From Eledone cirrhosa (taxonomy: Eukaryota), in assembly GCA_964016885.1 (NCBI GenBank), contig OZ024740.1:294748001-294812000 (forward strand): DNA of 64,000 nucleotides, given 5' to 3'. Within the stretch, counting starts at the first letter, position 1. Each line of letters begins with the position of its first letter. Made by a program: the position numbers and the translations under genes. The notes beneath the pieces are model-generated. The model had not been told where the DNA came from and did not search any database. It was given only the letters and a program-made list of their open reading frames with translations. This document shows positions 24,403-35,669 of the stretch, in pieces.

Positions 24403-24482
24403 ATGTATGTATGTATGTATGTATGTATGTATGTATGTATGTATGTATGTATGTATGTATGTATGTATGTATGTATGTATGT

Positions 24483-25014
24483 CGGGTCACTCTTGAGTGC
24501 TACTGGTAACATGTAACCCAGTACAACCTGTCGCATGGTCGGGTCATCGGCGACTAAACCGCAACCCCACCAAGTTTACTTGGTGAGGAGGGTGATTTTG
24601 GACACCATACAGGACAAAAAACAAAACCTGACAAAGGCCGGAAGAACTCATAAGAGTCAACGGCCATCTGAAAGTGTGTAAATATGTATATACACATGTA
24701 CCGCGCAGTTAAACCACTGGGAGTGAAGGACCCCTAGCCTTTGTCAGGGCATTCTTCTAGGAGAAGGCAGCTCGGGAAACTGGGATAACTCCGATGTAAA
24801 ACCTGTGGCTTAGTAGTTACCGATGATGTTGATCTTTTCTTCTTTTCGGGTTATAGCTACTGTCGTTCAGAGAGTGGGATTGGCTCAGTGCACAGTCTTT
24901 CCTCACTTTAAGAAATAACTTCACGCACAGGCATTACACGATAGAATTAATTAATAATTACTGATAATGGTATATTGTGCAATGGCCGTACTCGATAACG
25001 AGGGGGACGCCATC
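24483..25014 (+). mobile_element. Non-autonomous bipartite RTE-derived element, variant B
   Basis: Same 5' end as variant A; 3' end ggccgtactcgataacgagggggacgccatc(atgt)n. 5'-truncated copies on - at 40715-41045 and 41063-41445. Confidence 0.75.
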
Positions 25015-25089
25015 ATGTATGTATGTATGTATGAATGTCTGTATATATGTACAGTATGCAATCATATCTGGCGAGATAGGATTGCATAC

Positions 25090-25500
25090 ACAGAAATCCT
25101 CTTTTTAAACCAATACCACCAGCATCACTTGAGATGTTCAGACATGTAGTGTGCATGTATGACCCACATATTGTACATAGGATTATCTGTGGTCAGCTAC
25201 TCCATGGTCATTATCTGGCTGAGAGGACCAAAGAAGAGGTTCAAAGACCAGACGAAAATCACTGTGAAGAGGAGTAACATCAACCCTTCAAGAGTGAAAA
25301 GCATTGCTAACAACCATCCATTCGTTTTGGCGTTCCCACTATTAGAAGGGTATTGAGAACAAGGAGGAGAAACACACTTCATAATACCCCAAAAAGCGAG
25401 AGAGGATTGACACCTTACCTCTCTAACCAAATATTCACATGCTCTGTCTGTGGCCGCAACTGCAATCTAAGGATTGGTATGTAAGTCACCAAAGGATTCA
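25090..25500 (+). mobile_element. Decayed RTE 3' fragment
   Basis: GPKKRFKDQTKITVKRSNINP and a terminal CSVCGRNC..IG..SH finger. Confidence 0.55.
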
Positions 25501-26561
25501 CAATTGAGGGACAAGAATCTTAATTTTCGATGGATAACCACAAAACTCAAAACAAAAGGTCTGCTAACTTATTTGCACCTTTTCTATGCTGACGTGCCTG
25601 TGTCCTGTTACAGTATATCCGATAAAGATAAGAAAGATGAGAAGGCAGAAATGTTAGCCAAGTTCTACCATTCACGAAGGCGTTAGAACGTCGGATAGAA
25701 TCCTTCTCGGTATTCGTTTCAGCTCTCTGCGCTCTGAGTTCAAATCCCACTGAGGTCAATTTTGTCTTTCATCCTTTAGAAGTCAATAAATAAAGTACTT
25801 CTCCAGTCGATGCTTCCTCTTCTAACTCCTCCCCCCTTCTATTTCCATGGAAGAAATCCAATTTATTCTAACTCGGGGAAGGATGAGTTCTGCCAGCTTT
25901 AAAATACCCAAGATACTCTGTGTATCCAAACGGCACCTCTACAATACCACCAGGGTTCAGGATCTATGAGTATATCGCAATTGTTAATGCGATTATGCTC
26001 ATAGAGAAGCCTTCTTTTTTTTTTTAGAAAATTGTTTTTTAAATAATTTGTTAGAATTATTAGTTTTTTTCAAATAATTGGAAGTTTTGTGCAGCTATGT
26101 CTAAATGGATCTATTGGAATAGGCTTTACGTATAAAGGAATTCGGCCACGACCCTCCCATAGTAGGTGTTTTGATATGGTTTTAACCGAAGGATTTCTAA
26201 TGGGCTTTTATGTCTGGTTAAAAAATTTCACTTCACAACTATTTCATTTCGAGTTCAATCCCACTCTCAGCACTTTGGGATAATGTCCTTTATCATAGTT
26301 TCGGGCTAACTAAAGTCTTATGAATGAAACTTAGTCGGTGGAAACTGTGTAGAAGTCAATCGAAGGGGCTTTTGAATAATAGACTTAGTCCACCACCATG
26401 TTTAACACTACTACCACCTCTCCACTGACTGCAAAGACAACTCTAGTTTAAACATTTGGACGTGATTTCAAGTGAGAGAAGAATCTCATCTCTTCCTCCC
26501 ATCAGCCTCGGGACCCTAAAAAAAGTTTATGGATAGCCCTTCTCTAAATCTAATTTGGTTT

Positions 26562-26607
<46 letters not shown>

Positions 26608-26652
26608 TGTTGTTGTTGTTGTAGTTGTTGTTGTTGATGATGATGGTGATGG

Positions 26653-26703
<51 letters not shown>
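26562..26703. repeat. Compound microsatellite (TAG)n(TTG)n(ATG)n
   Basis: Directly visible. Confidence 0.95.
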
Positions 26704-26704
<1 letters not shown>

Positions 26705-27019
26705 CAGCGCCAAGCCAGCCCTCATTGAGAAAACCTACGATCAAAACATTCCAGACGTGACTGTCCCATCTTGTGGGATATCCAAGATAAATTTGCCAAT
26801 ATATCCTTCCTTTTCCAATTTTTAAAAGTCGGTAGAGTGTGATGTGAGAGTGTTGATTACTATTTTTAGCAGGCAGAGCAACTATGTAGAGGCTCCTTTC
26901 GTTTCAATCAGTCTAAATGTTTTGAGGAATCTATTTATCGATCAAATAATTGGAGTAGCAAATGTTGAGTAGATTTTCTTTACTATTCTAGCAAGATTAA
27001 CAAAAAAATAATACTGTTT

Positions 27020-27393
27020 CAGATCTGTCAACTCTCCCCGTCGCACGGTGAGATCTCCCACCCAATTTGGAGTGGATGAGAGATGTCTTCTCTTGTGAAA
27101 ATGGGTATAGCTTTCATTATGTAATGAATTGGCAGTATCGGTAGAGAGTCGGACGCCATGCTTTCCAGCATAGTTACGTCTCTTTACGGTCTGAGTTCAA
27201 ATCCCGCCGAGGTTAACTTTGCGTTTCATCCTTACGGGGCCGATAAAATAAAGTACCAATAATGTACTGGGTAATCGCTGGCCTTGTGCCAAAATTAGAA
27301 ACAATTATGTAAAATATCCCCATTTTGCCTCATTTCTCCCCGTTTTGGAGGCACTTTTTTTTCATGGTATTCTCAGTTAGAGGTTGGCAGATC
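27020..27393. mobile_element. hAT-type MITE with 8-bp TSD, interrupted by a young SINE (27127-27304)
   Basis: TIRs cagatctgtcaac/gttggcagatc and TSD tactgttt (27012-27019, 27394-27401). SINE TSD attatgtaa. An uninterrupted paralogue is at 39805-39963. Confidence 0.8.
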
Positions 27394-28189
27394 TACTGTT
27401 TATAAAAAGGTTTGTAAGGAATCTTTTGTCAGGAGTTTTTTTTAACCTACCCTGAAATGTTTGGCAATGACAAATTCGTCATCAATGTATCAAAAGTAAA
27501 GGATGGGTTTGTTTGTCATAGACAAAAATACTTTATTCTCTAGTTGATTTATATAGATTATTTTAGATCAGAGTCAACGACTCTATCGTTCGTGCACAGC
27601 AATTCAACAGAATACATAAACAAAAGTCTAGAGTCTGTCTTAAACCAGAAGGCTCATTTGGCCGGTGCTTACCCCAGTTTCATGGCGTGAAGCGACTGAG
27701 AGTACAAGACTCCCCCAAACACATAAACACACAAACATATAAGGTTTTTAGCATATATAAATATCTTGAAACATTAAATTTTCTTTGAACACCTATTTGG
27801 TAAACATGGTGTACGGCATTTGAAATAATTTCAAATTGTCAACATTTGTCAAGTCAACACATAACAAAACAATATAATTTGTTTGCCAGTAGTAACACTA
27901 TACCACCTTTTGTAAGTCATGAAGAAATATGAAGTGGGATGACTGGTTCCTAAAACTGACAGCAGCATTGTTAGTCAAGTGACATGTCGAATATATTTTA
28001 AGTTATGACCCCAATATCATTAATCTTCAGAAAGATCAAATCGTTTTAATGTATATAAATTTGTTGTATTGGTTTTTTTGTTTTTTTTCAATTTGCTTCT
28101 AAATAATAATTTATTTTATTTCAAAATCCTCAAATATATTCCTAGGATAAAATGACATAAAAATAAAAAATTTAATATTTAGTCAAACA

Positions 28190-28672
28190 CAGAAAAAGAA
28201 AGTAGTATTGGAAAGGACTATAAATGCTATAAATGAGAGGAAAATGAGGGAAAGAGCAAGGATTATTAAGCAACGAAAGAAAGGGAGAAGGGGAGAGGGT
28301 GACAGACTATATTTATGACAGAGCGGTGTTTCGGCTGTGTCTCGGGGACAAAATGGCAAAGGTGTTTCCACAGACACCCGATGCAACAGCCACCTTACCT
28401 CGCGGGGCTCCTTCTTCAGACGGCCTGCTGTCATTCCGATTTTACGGAGGAGGTTTGCTGTACGGGGTCCGAGGATGCTTGAGGTTTCGACGGCAACCGA
28501 TGCAAAGAAGCGGCCGGACAAGCCTCGGCATTTACTAGTCTTTCTGTCCTCTGCATTGCGGGTCGCAGTACCGAGGTTTTTAACTGAAATAACTAAGTTG
28601 GAGGCGGAGAACGTGTCACAGCATGTTGCGTCCCAGATGAGGGATTTACCTCCTACGAATGGGAAGAGGGTA
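28190..28672 (-). mobile_element. CRE-clade 3' fragment (RLE)
   Basis: LFPFVGGKSLIWDATCCDTFS..AEDRKTSK..VAVETSSILGPRT..REVRWLLHRVSV. Confidence 0.85.
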
Positions 28673-28752
28673 ATTATATTTCAACCACATGGTGGCGTAT
28701 TTGTGGTGTTTTATAACTCTATTTAATACCTCCAGTTGTTGTTGTAGTTGTC

Positions 28753-28960
28753 ACGGGTCCGTCGCCAGGCTTTTGAGTTTTCAGGGGTCTCGGAGAATGT
28801 TTTGACCAGGTTCTTTGGTTAACGTTTATAAAAAAAATATTTTTGTGCTTTGTTTTTATTTTGAGACGAAAAGTTTAATAAAATGAAGACTTCAAAGAGG
28901 ATTTGTTAATTAAATATGTTTTATAAATCTGGGGTTGCACTATTGAAAAGTAGAGTTGAG
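28753..28960 (+). mobile_element. MITE left part leading directly into the 10-bp satellite
   Basis: gggtccgtcgccagg start; paralogous to 1684-1785. Confidence 0.55.
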
Positions 28961-30742
28961 TGGGCAGTGCCAGCCAGTGCCACCCAGTGCCATCCAGTAC
29001 CATCCACAGCCATCCAGTACCACCCAGTGCCATCCAGTGCTAGGTAGTGCCATCCAGTGCCAGCCAATGCCATCCGGTGTCACCCAGTGCCAGGCAGTGC
29101 CGTCCAGTGCCATCCAGTGCCAGCCAGGATTATCCAGTGTAACCCAGTGCCATCCAGTACCAACCAGCGCCATCCAATGCTATCCAGAGCCATCCAGAGC
29201 CATCTAGTGTTATCCAGAGCCATCCAGTTCCACCCAGTGCCATCCAGTGCCATCCCTCTCATCCAGTACCATCCATTGCCATCCAGTGCCACCCAGTGTC
29301 CTCCAGTGCCAGTCAGTGTTATCCAGTACCATCCAGTGCCAGGCAGTGCCATCCAGTGCCAGCCAGGGTTATCCAGTGTAACCCAGTGCCATCCAGTACC
29401 AACCAGCGTTATCCAATGCTATCCAGAGCCATCCTGAGCCATCTAGTGTTATCCAGAGCCATCCAGTGCCATCCAGCGCCACCCAGTGCCTCCCAGTACC
29501 ATCCACTGTCACCCAGTACCATCCAGTGCCCTCCAGTGCTATCCACAGCCATCCAGTGCCATCTAGAGTTATCCAGTGCCATCCAGAGCCATCCAGTTCC
29601 ATCCAGTGCCAGCCAATATTATCCAGAGCCACTCAGTGCCATCCAGTGCCACCCAGTGCCAGGCAGTGCCATCCAGTGCCAGCCACCAGGGTTACCCAGT
29701 CTAACCCAGTGCTATCCAGTACCAACCAGTGCCATCCAATGCTATCCAGAGCCATCCAGAGCCATCTAGTGTTATCCAGACCATCCAGTTCCACCCAGTG
29801 CCATCCAGTGCCTCCCAGTGCCATCCATTGCCACCCAGTGCTCTCCAGTGCCAGTCAGTGTTATCCAGTACCATCCAGTGCCACTCAGAGTCATCCAATG
29901 CCATCTAGAGCCATCCAGTGCCAGGCAGTGCCATCCAGTGCCATCCAGTACCATCCGGTGCCATCCAGTGCCAGCCAGGGTTATCCAGTGTAACCCAGTG
30001 CCATCCAGTACCAATCAGCGTTATCCAATGCTGTCCAGAGCCATCCAGAGCCATCTAGTGTTATCCAGAGCCATCCAGTGCGATCCAGCGCCAGCCAGTG
30101 CCTCCCAGTACCATCCACTGTCACCCAGTACCATCCAGTGCCCTCCAGTGCTATCCACAGCCATCCAGTGCCATCTAGAGTTATCCAGTTCCATCCAGAG
30201 CCATCCAGTTCCATCCAGTGCCAGCCAGTGTTATCCAGAGTCACTCAGTGCCATCTAGTTCCACCCAGTGCCAGGCAGTGCCATCCAGTGCCATCCAGTG
30301 CCATCCAGTGCCACCCAGTGCCACCCAGTACCACGCAGTGCCATCCAGTGCCATCCAGTGTCATCTAGTGCCATCCAGTGCTATCCAGTGTTATCCAGTA
30401 CCACCCAGTACCATCCAGTATCACCCAGTGTCATCCTGTGCCATCCAGTACCATTCAGTGCCATCCAGTGCCAGCCAGTGTTATCCAGTACCCTCTAGTA
30501 CCACCCAAAACCACCCAGTGCTATCCAGTGCCATCAAGTGCCAGCCAGTGCTATCCAGTGTCATCCAGTGCCACCCAGTGCATCCAGTGCCATCCAGTGC
30601 CATCTAATGCCATCCAGTGCTATCTAGTGCCATCCAGTATCACCCAGTGCCATCCAGTACCATCCAGTTCCATCCAGTGCCATCAAGTGTCATCCAGTGC
30701 CATCCAGTGCCAGTTAGTGTTATCCAGTGCCACCCAGAGCCA
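28961..30742. repeat. 10-bp satellite (CCATCCAGTG)n with higher-order blocks
   Basis: About 1.8 kb of decamer variants. Variant blocks recur, for example with a ~612-bp offset (ORFs 29466 and 30078 are near-identical). Confidence 0.95.
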
Positions 30743-30744
30743 TT

Positions 30745-30960
30745 GCGTAGCAGAATCGGTAGAGTGTCGGACAAAATACTTTTTGGTATTTAGTTACGGT
30801 ACGGCTCTTTACGTTTTGAGTTCAAATACTGCCGAGGTCAACTTTACCTTTCATCTTTCCGGGCTCGATAAAATGAAGTACAAGTCATGTACTTGGGTTG
30901 ATTTAATCGACTTTACTCACTCAACCCCCAAACTCTCTGTCTTGTGCCTAAATTAGAAAA
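30745..30960 (+). mobile_element. Meta-domain tRNA-SINE
   Basis: gagttcaaatactgccgagg..ctttcatctttccgggctcgataaaatg..cttgtgcctaaattagaaa. Confidence 0.75.
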
Positions 30961-31769
30961 CGTTTTTGCCAGTGTTGTGCTGGTCTTTCATCTGTATTTG
31001 TCTAAATCGTTATTTAATTCTGAATTGGGAAAACCGAATTTTGGATTTCGTTTAGTCTGTACTTTGAAGTGTTTCCTGTTTATATTGAGTTCCCGGTATC
31101 TTAGTTTATAAATTCACCCCAGTCTCTCCATAAAATCGCAACTTATACAGGAGCCACTGAACCGTAGGTGTTACGTTTTCCCTAAAATAATAGTAGTAAG
31201 GTATAGCGTAAAAAAATAATTTCTGTCAAATGACTTGGCTTAACATGTTATGTGGATTAAGAAACGGTAGTTGAGCAATAGAGACATACCTAAAGATAAC
31301 AGAACTGGCTGATTAGTAATGTTTAAATATACTTAATGTTGAAAGTGGTCACCTATATTTGTCTACGGTAGGTGAATGATCGAGGTGGAGGTAAGACATA
31401 CTGTTATTGATTTACATTTAGTTTCTATGTACTATGGATATTATTGGGAAGTCAACAGGTAATTGATAAAATCATGTTACCACTTGTCACTACCATGCCC
31501 CACACATATCAATGATATAAACCATCTCCTCTTTGTTTTGTTCTTAACTGGACATACACGGCTCTATTTAGCACGGATGTAATATCCCTCCTTATACACT
31601 GTCATCTCATACAACATATTCATAAAAGTCTTTAAACTTTTCTTTGAAGTCAGCTCTCCACTTGAACCCAGCACAACGTCCCTTATCTGCCAAATTGAAC
31701 TTAACCATAAGCTTAACTGTTTTTACCTTCTCCGGTGAGTTTAGTTAACAAAACTATATTCTTTGTAAG

Positions 31770-32832
31770 TGTGTGTGTGAGTGCCTGTCTTTGTTAGTGT
31801 GTGTGTGAGTGCCTGTCTTTGTTAGTGTGCGTAAGTGCCTGTCTTTGTTAGTGTGTGTGTGAGTGCCTGCCTTTGTTAGTGTGTGTGAGTGCCTGTCTTT
31901 GTTAGTGTGTGTGAGTGCCTGTCTTTGTTAGTGTGTGTGTGAGTGCCTGTCTTTGTTAGTGTGTGTGTGAGTGCCTGTCTTTGTTAGTGTGTGTGAGTGC
32001 CTGTCTTTGTTAGTGTGTGTGAGTGCCTGTCTTTGTTAGTGTGTGTGTGAGTGCCTGTCTTTGTTAGTGTGTGTGAGTGCCTGTCTTTGTTAGTGTGTGT
32101 GTGAGTGCCTGTCTTTGTTAGTGTGTGTGTGAGTGCCTGTCTTTGTTAGTGTGTCTGTGAGTGCCTGTCTTTGTTAGTGTGTGTGTGAGTGCCTGTCTTT
32201 GTTAGTGTGTGTGTGAGTGCCTGTCTTTGTTAGTGTGTCTGTGAGTGCCTGTCTTTGTTAGTGTGTCTGTGAGTGCCTGTCTTTGTTAGTGTGTCTGTGA
32301 GTGCCTGTCTTTGTTAGTGTGTCTGTGAGTGCCTGTCTTTGTTAGTGTGTGTGAGTGCCTGTCTTTGTTAGTGTGTGTGAGTGCCTGTCTTTGTTAGTGT
32401 GTCTGTGAGTGCCTGTCTTTGTTAGTGTGTGTGAGTGCCTGTCTTTGTTAGTGTGTCTGTGAGTGCCTGTCTTTGTTAGTGTGTGTGAGTGCCTGCCTTT
32501 GATAGTGGGTGTGAGTGCCTGTCTTTGTTAGTATGTCTGTGAGTGCCTGTCTTTGTTAGTGTGTGTGTGAGTGCCTGTCTTTGTTAGTGTGTCTGTGAGT
32601 GCCTGTCTTTGTTAGTGTGTGTGTGAGTGCCTGTCTTTGTTAGTATGTCTGTGAGTGCCTGTCTTTGTTAGTGTGTGTGTGAGTGCCTGTCTTTGTTAGT
32701 GTGTCTGTGAGTGCCTGTCTTTGTTAGTGTGTGTGTGAGTGCCTGTCTTTGTTAGTATGTCTGTGAGTGCCTGTTTTTGTTAGTGTGTATGTGAGTGCCT
32801 GTCTTTGTTAGTGTGTGTGAGTGCCTGTCTGT
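31770..32832. repeat. 24/26-bp minisatellite gagtgcctgtctttgttagt(gt)2-3
   Basis: About 42 near-identical units differing in GT number; followed by (CA)n to ~33042. Confidence 0.95.
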
Positions 32833-32952
32833 CTGTATATGATATGATGCACACACACCCACACACACACATATATATATGTATTTTCCGTGTATACTTT
32901 ATACATACATACATACACATACACACGCACACACACACATGCACACACACGC

Positions 32953-33044
<92 letters not shown>

Positions 33045-33164
33045 CATATATATACATATATGTATCTATGTATGTATGTACAAAATTACACCCGGAAAAT
33101 ACAAATGAAATACATGGGACGAACAAACAGGATGAACAAGGTGGTCATCCGGATTAACGAAACG

Positions 33165-33603
33165 TACTTACCTGGTATGGTGCCGTTATAGTAACTGGCC
33201 TTAATAAGAATACGATCGCGAATACAAGCTGCCGAAATAGGGTTCCTCCGAAGGGTCTTTAGAGTAACGTTACTCAGAGATCAGAGAGTCACTCCTGGTA
33301 GAGCCATTACTTCTCCGAATTGAGAGATCACAGCTCAAATACTATGGGCTTCTAGTTAGAACGTCCCAGGAAAGAATCGCTGGACAGATTTTACGGGCAA
33401 AACCAACCGACAGGAAACCCAAGGGTAGACGCCAACCAAGATGGTTGGATAACATCCACGAGCTTGACTGTCCACGCTTGGGGATCCAGCCGGATCAGTT
33501 GGAGGCGGTTGCTTCTGACGAGACTCACTGGAAGGAGTGTTTGAGGACTCTGCCTCCACGACCCTCTCAGGAATAAGTGGGCGAGGAAGAAGAAGAAGAA
33601 GAA
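33165..33603 (+). mobile_element. RTE (Expander-like) 3' end with (GAA)n tail
   Basis: RSRIQAAEIGFLRRV, VEPLLLRIERSQLKYYG, KPKGR..RWLDNI, LPPRP, then gaagaagaa. Confidence 0.85.
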
Positions 33604-33761
33604 TATAATAAGTGTGTGAGCCTTTGGTTATGAGTTTGTAGGTGAACATATGGTTACACACATATTATATATACGGTCAGTTAGACTTTGTAGCCGTGTA
33701 GCTTACTACTGACTTTGGGAGAGAGAAATGAAAACACGTCTGTATACTTCAACAGTCCACT

Positions 33762-33827
<66 letters not shown>

Positions 33828-33886
33828 TTTAGTCCACAATTAGCCGTCGAAACGGCTTGAGCTCAGCCGTCGGGGTCCTACTCGTT

Positions 33887-33955
<69 letters not shown>

Positions 33956-33959
33956 CATA

Positions 33960-34832
33960 TGAGGTGTGTCAGAAAAGTAACAGGACTTAATGTACTACGT
34001 GAGTTATGAGTGGGATAGGGATTACCAGCTGTGACGTAATATCTGTGGAGTATATTACGGCGATCTCAGCTCTCTGCAGCCATCGTATATTTTTTCACGT
34101 CTTTTTGTTAACAGCTCTTCAATTTTAGGCTGTGGAGCGATGAGCACAGAGCAACGAACAAGCCTGAAGTTTCTGGTCCGGCTGGGGAAAACACCATCAG
34201 AAGCACTCGGAATTCTGCAGCAAGTGTACGGAGATGAGACGATCGCGCTCACGGGTTTTCTAGTGGCACAAAAGATTCAAAGAGTGACACGAGGGTGTGT
34301 AAGACAATCCCAGGAGCGGAAAGCTTTCAACGAGTATGATGGTGCCAATGTTGAGCGCGTGGGGCAAGTGATGCGGGGCGATCGTCGGCTGGCTGTGCGA
34401 CTGATCACAAGTGAGCTGGGAACGAACCGCAACAGCGTTTGTATGATTATCACCGAAGATTTGGGCATGTAGAAGATATGCGCCAAGATGATGCCGAAGC
34501 TATTGAACGATAACCAGAAATAGCAGCACATGCTGGTGTGTCAGGGCATCCTTGGGTGTCTTGCAACCGAACCAGGCATGCTAGGGAGAGTCATGGATTT
34601 TCGAGTACAATCCGTTTTTCGGACGTAGAAGTGATCAAGAGGGCTGTGACGACGGAGCTACGGAAAATCCCGGGAAAATCCTTCAATGATTGCATGGAGG
34701 CATGGCGGGGAAGGATGGGAAAGTGAGTTGGACGTGAGGGGGTTATTTCGAAGGGAAAAGCTTGTAGTTTGTAGTTTGTATTTGAAATATTTTTTTGCGA
34801 CCCCAGTCCTGTTTCTTTCTTGACACACCTCT
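33960..34832 (+). mobile_element. Internally deleted mariner element with both TIRs and TA TSD
   Basis: TIRs tgaggtgtgtcagaaaagtaacaggact / agtcctgtttctttcttgacacacctct. HTH EQRTSLKFLVRLGKTPSEA, DRRLAVR, C-terminal RFSDVE..GGYFEG; catalytic core missing. Confidence 0.9.
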
Positions 34833-34849
34833 TACAAACACATGTCAGG

Positions 34850-35008
34850 CTCGGATGCCATGCTTTCCAGCATAGTTACGGCCCTTTACGATCTGAGTTC
34901 AAATCTCGTCGAGGTCAACTTTGCCTTTCATCCTTACGGGGTCGATAAAATAAAGTACCAGTAATGCACTGGATAATTGCTGGCCTTGTGCCAAAAGTAG
35001 AAACAATT
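34850..35008 (+). mobile_element. Meta-domain tRNA-SINE
   Basis: Same body and tail as 20397-20581. Confidence 0.85.
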
Positions 35009-35040
35009 ATTATGGTTTATAAACAGACTACGAATTAGAC

Positions 35041-35206
35041 CAGTGGTTCCCAACCTTTTCCCCACCAAGGATACCATTTATTTAAATGAATTTCGCCATA
35101 GACCTCGGGCTTTTTAAAGGTCTATCTATCCAGCAAACTTACGAACCCTCAGTACTATTTTTGTGGACCCCACGGAGGCTCGCAGATCACAGGCTGGAAC
35201 TGGCAG
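35041..35206. mobile_element. hAT-Charlie-like MITE
   Basis: cagtggttcccaacctttt start, degenerate right TIR, NNTAGAN-like flanks. Confidence 0.55.
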
Positions 35207-35669
35207 GACTAGATTGTAAATTCAAACAAGATAGCAACGGGTTTTTCTTTGCAAGTATTACTCCAAAATCTTTCCGCACAACGAAAATACTCACAGAAAA
35301 GTGTTTACGACAAGTGTTTGTACTGTGAAAATATTTACAACAAAAATACAAAACTATTTGTTACGAAAGATAAAAACTGATTTCCATTAAAAGAAAAAAA
35401 ATTAACAACCGGTTCGCAGAAACTGGTGTGAATCAGATATAGTCCAGTCATGTCTGTTAGATTAATACGATAATAACGTATTACAAGGTTGAAGATTATT
35501 TCATTGCGAGGAAAAGGCGTGATTCAATAGTAAGACAATCATGCTAAGGAAAAATATAAGATAATACTCTCATCCCAAGAGTTGAGATCTGATAACTGAA
35601 GATGTAAAGCAGTAGAACTACACATGTCCCATGAGTTACGTTATAGGAGTCTACAATAATTAATGATAA

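Noticed and set aside
26550-26825. Poly-His/Gln/Leu and poly-Met ORFs
   Set aside because: Trinucleotide microsatellite translations; the same applies to the (CA)n and (TACA)n ORFs elsewhere.
28940-30956. QCHPVPSSAI-type repetitive ORFs
   Set aside because: Translations of the 10-bp satellite, open in several frames on both strands.
30970-31765. Possible decayed Penelope pieces
   Set aside because: Motifs are too eroded to support a call.
31770-32832. CRISPR-like array
   Set aside because: No unique spacers, no cas genes, and a eukaryotic context.
35596-35625. CTGAAGA hammerhead-like core
   Set aside because: No stem II/GAAA/NUH arrangement.
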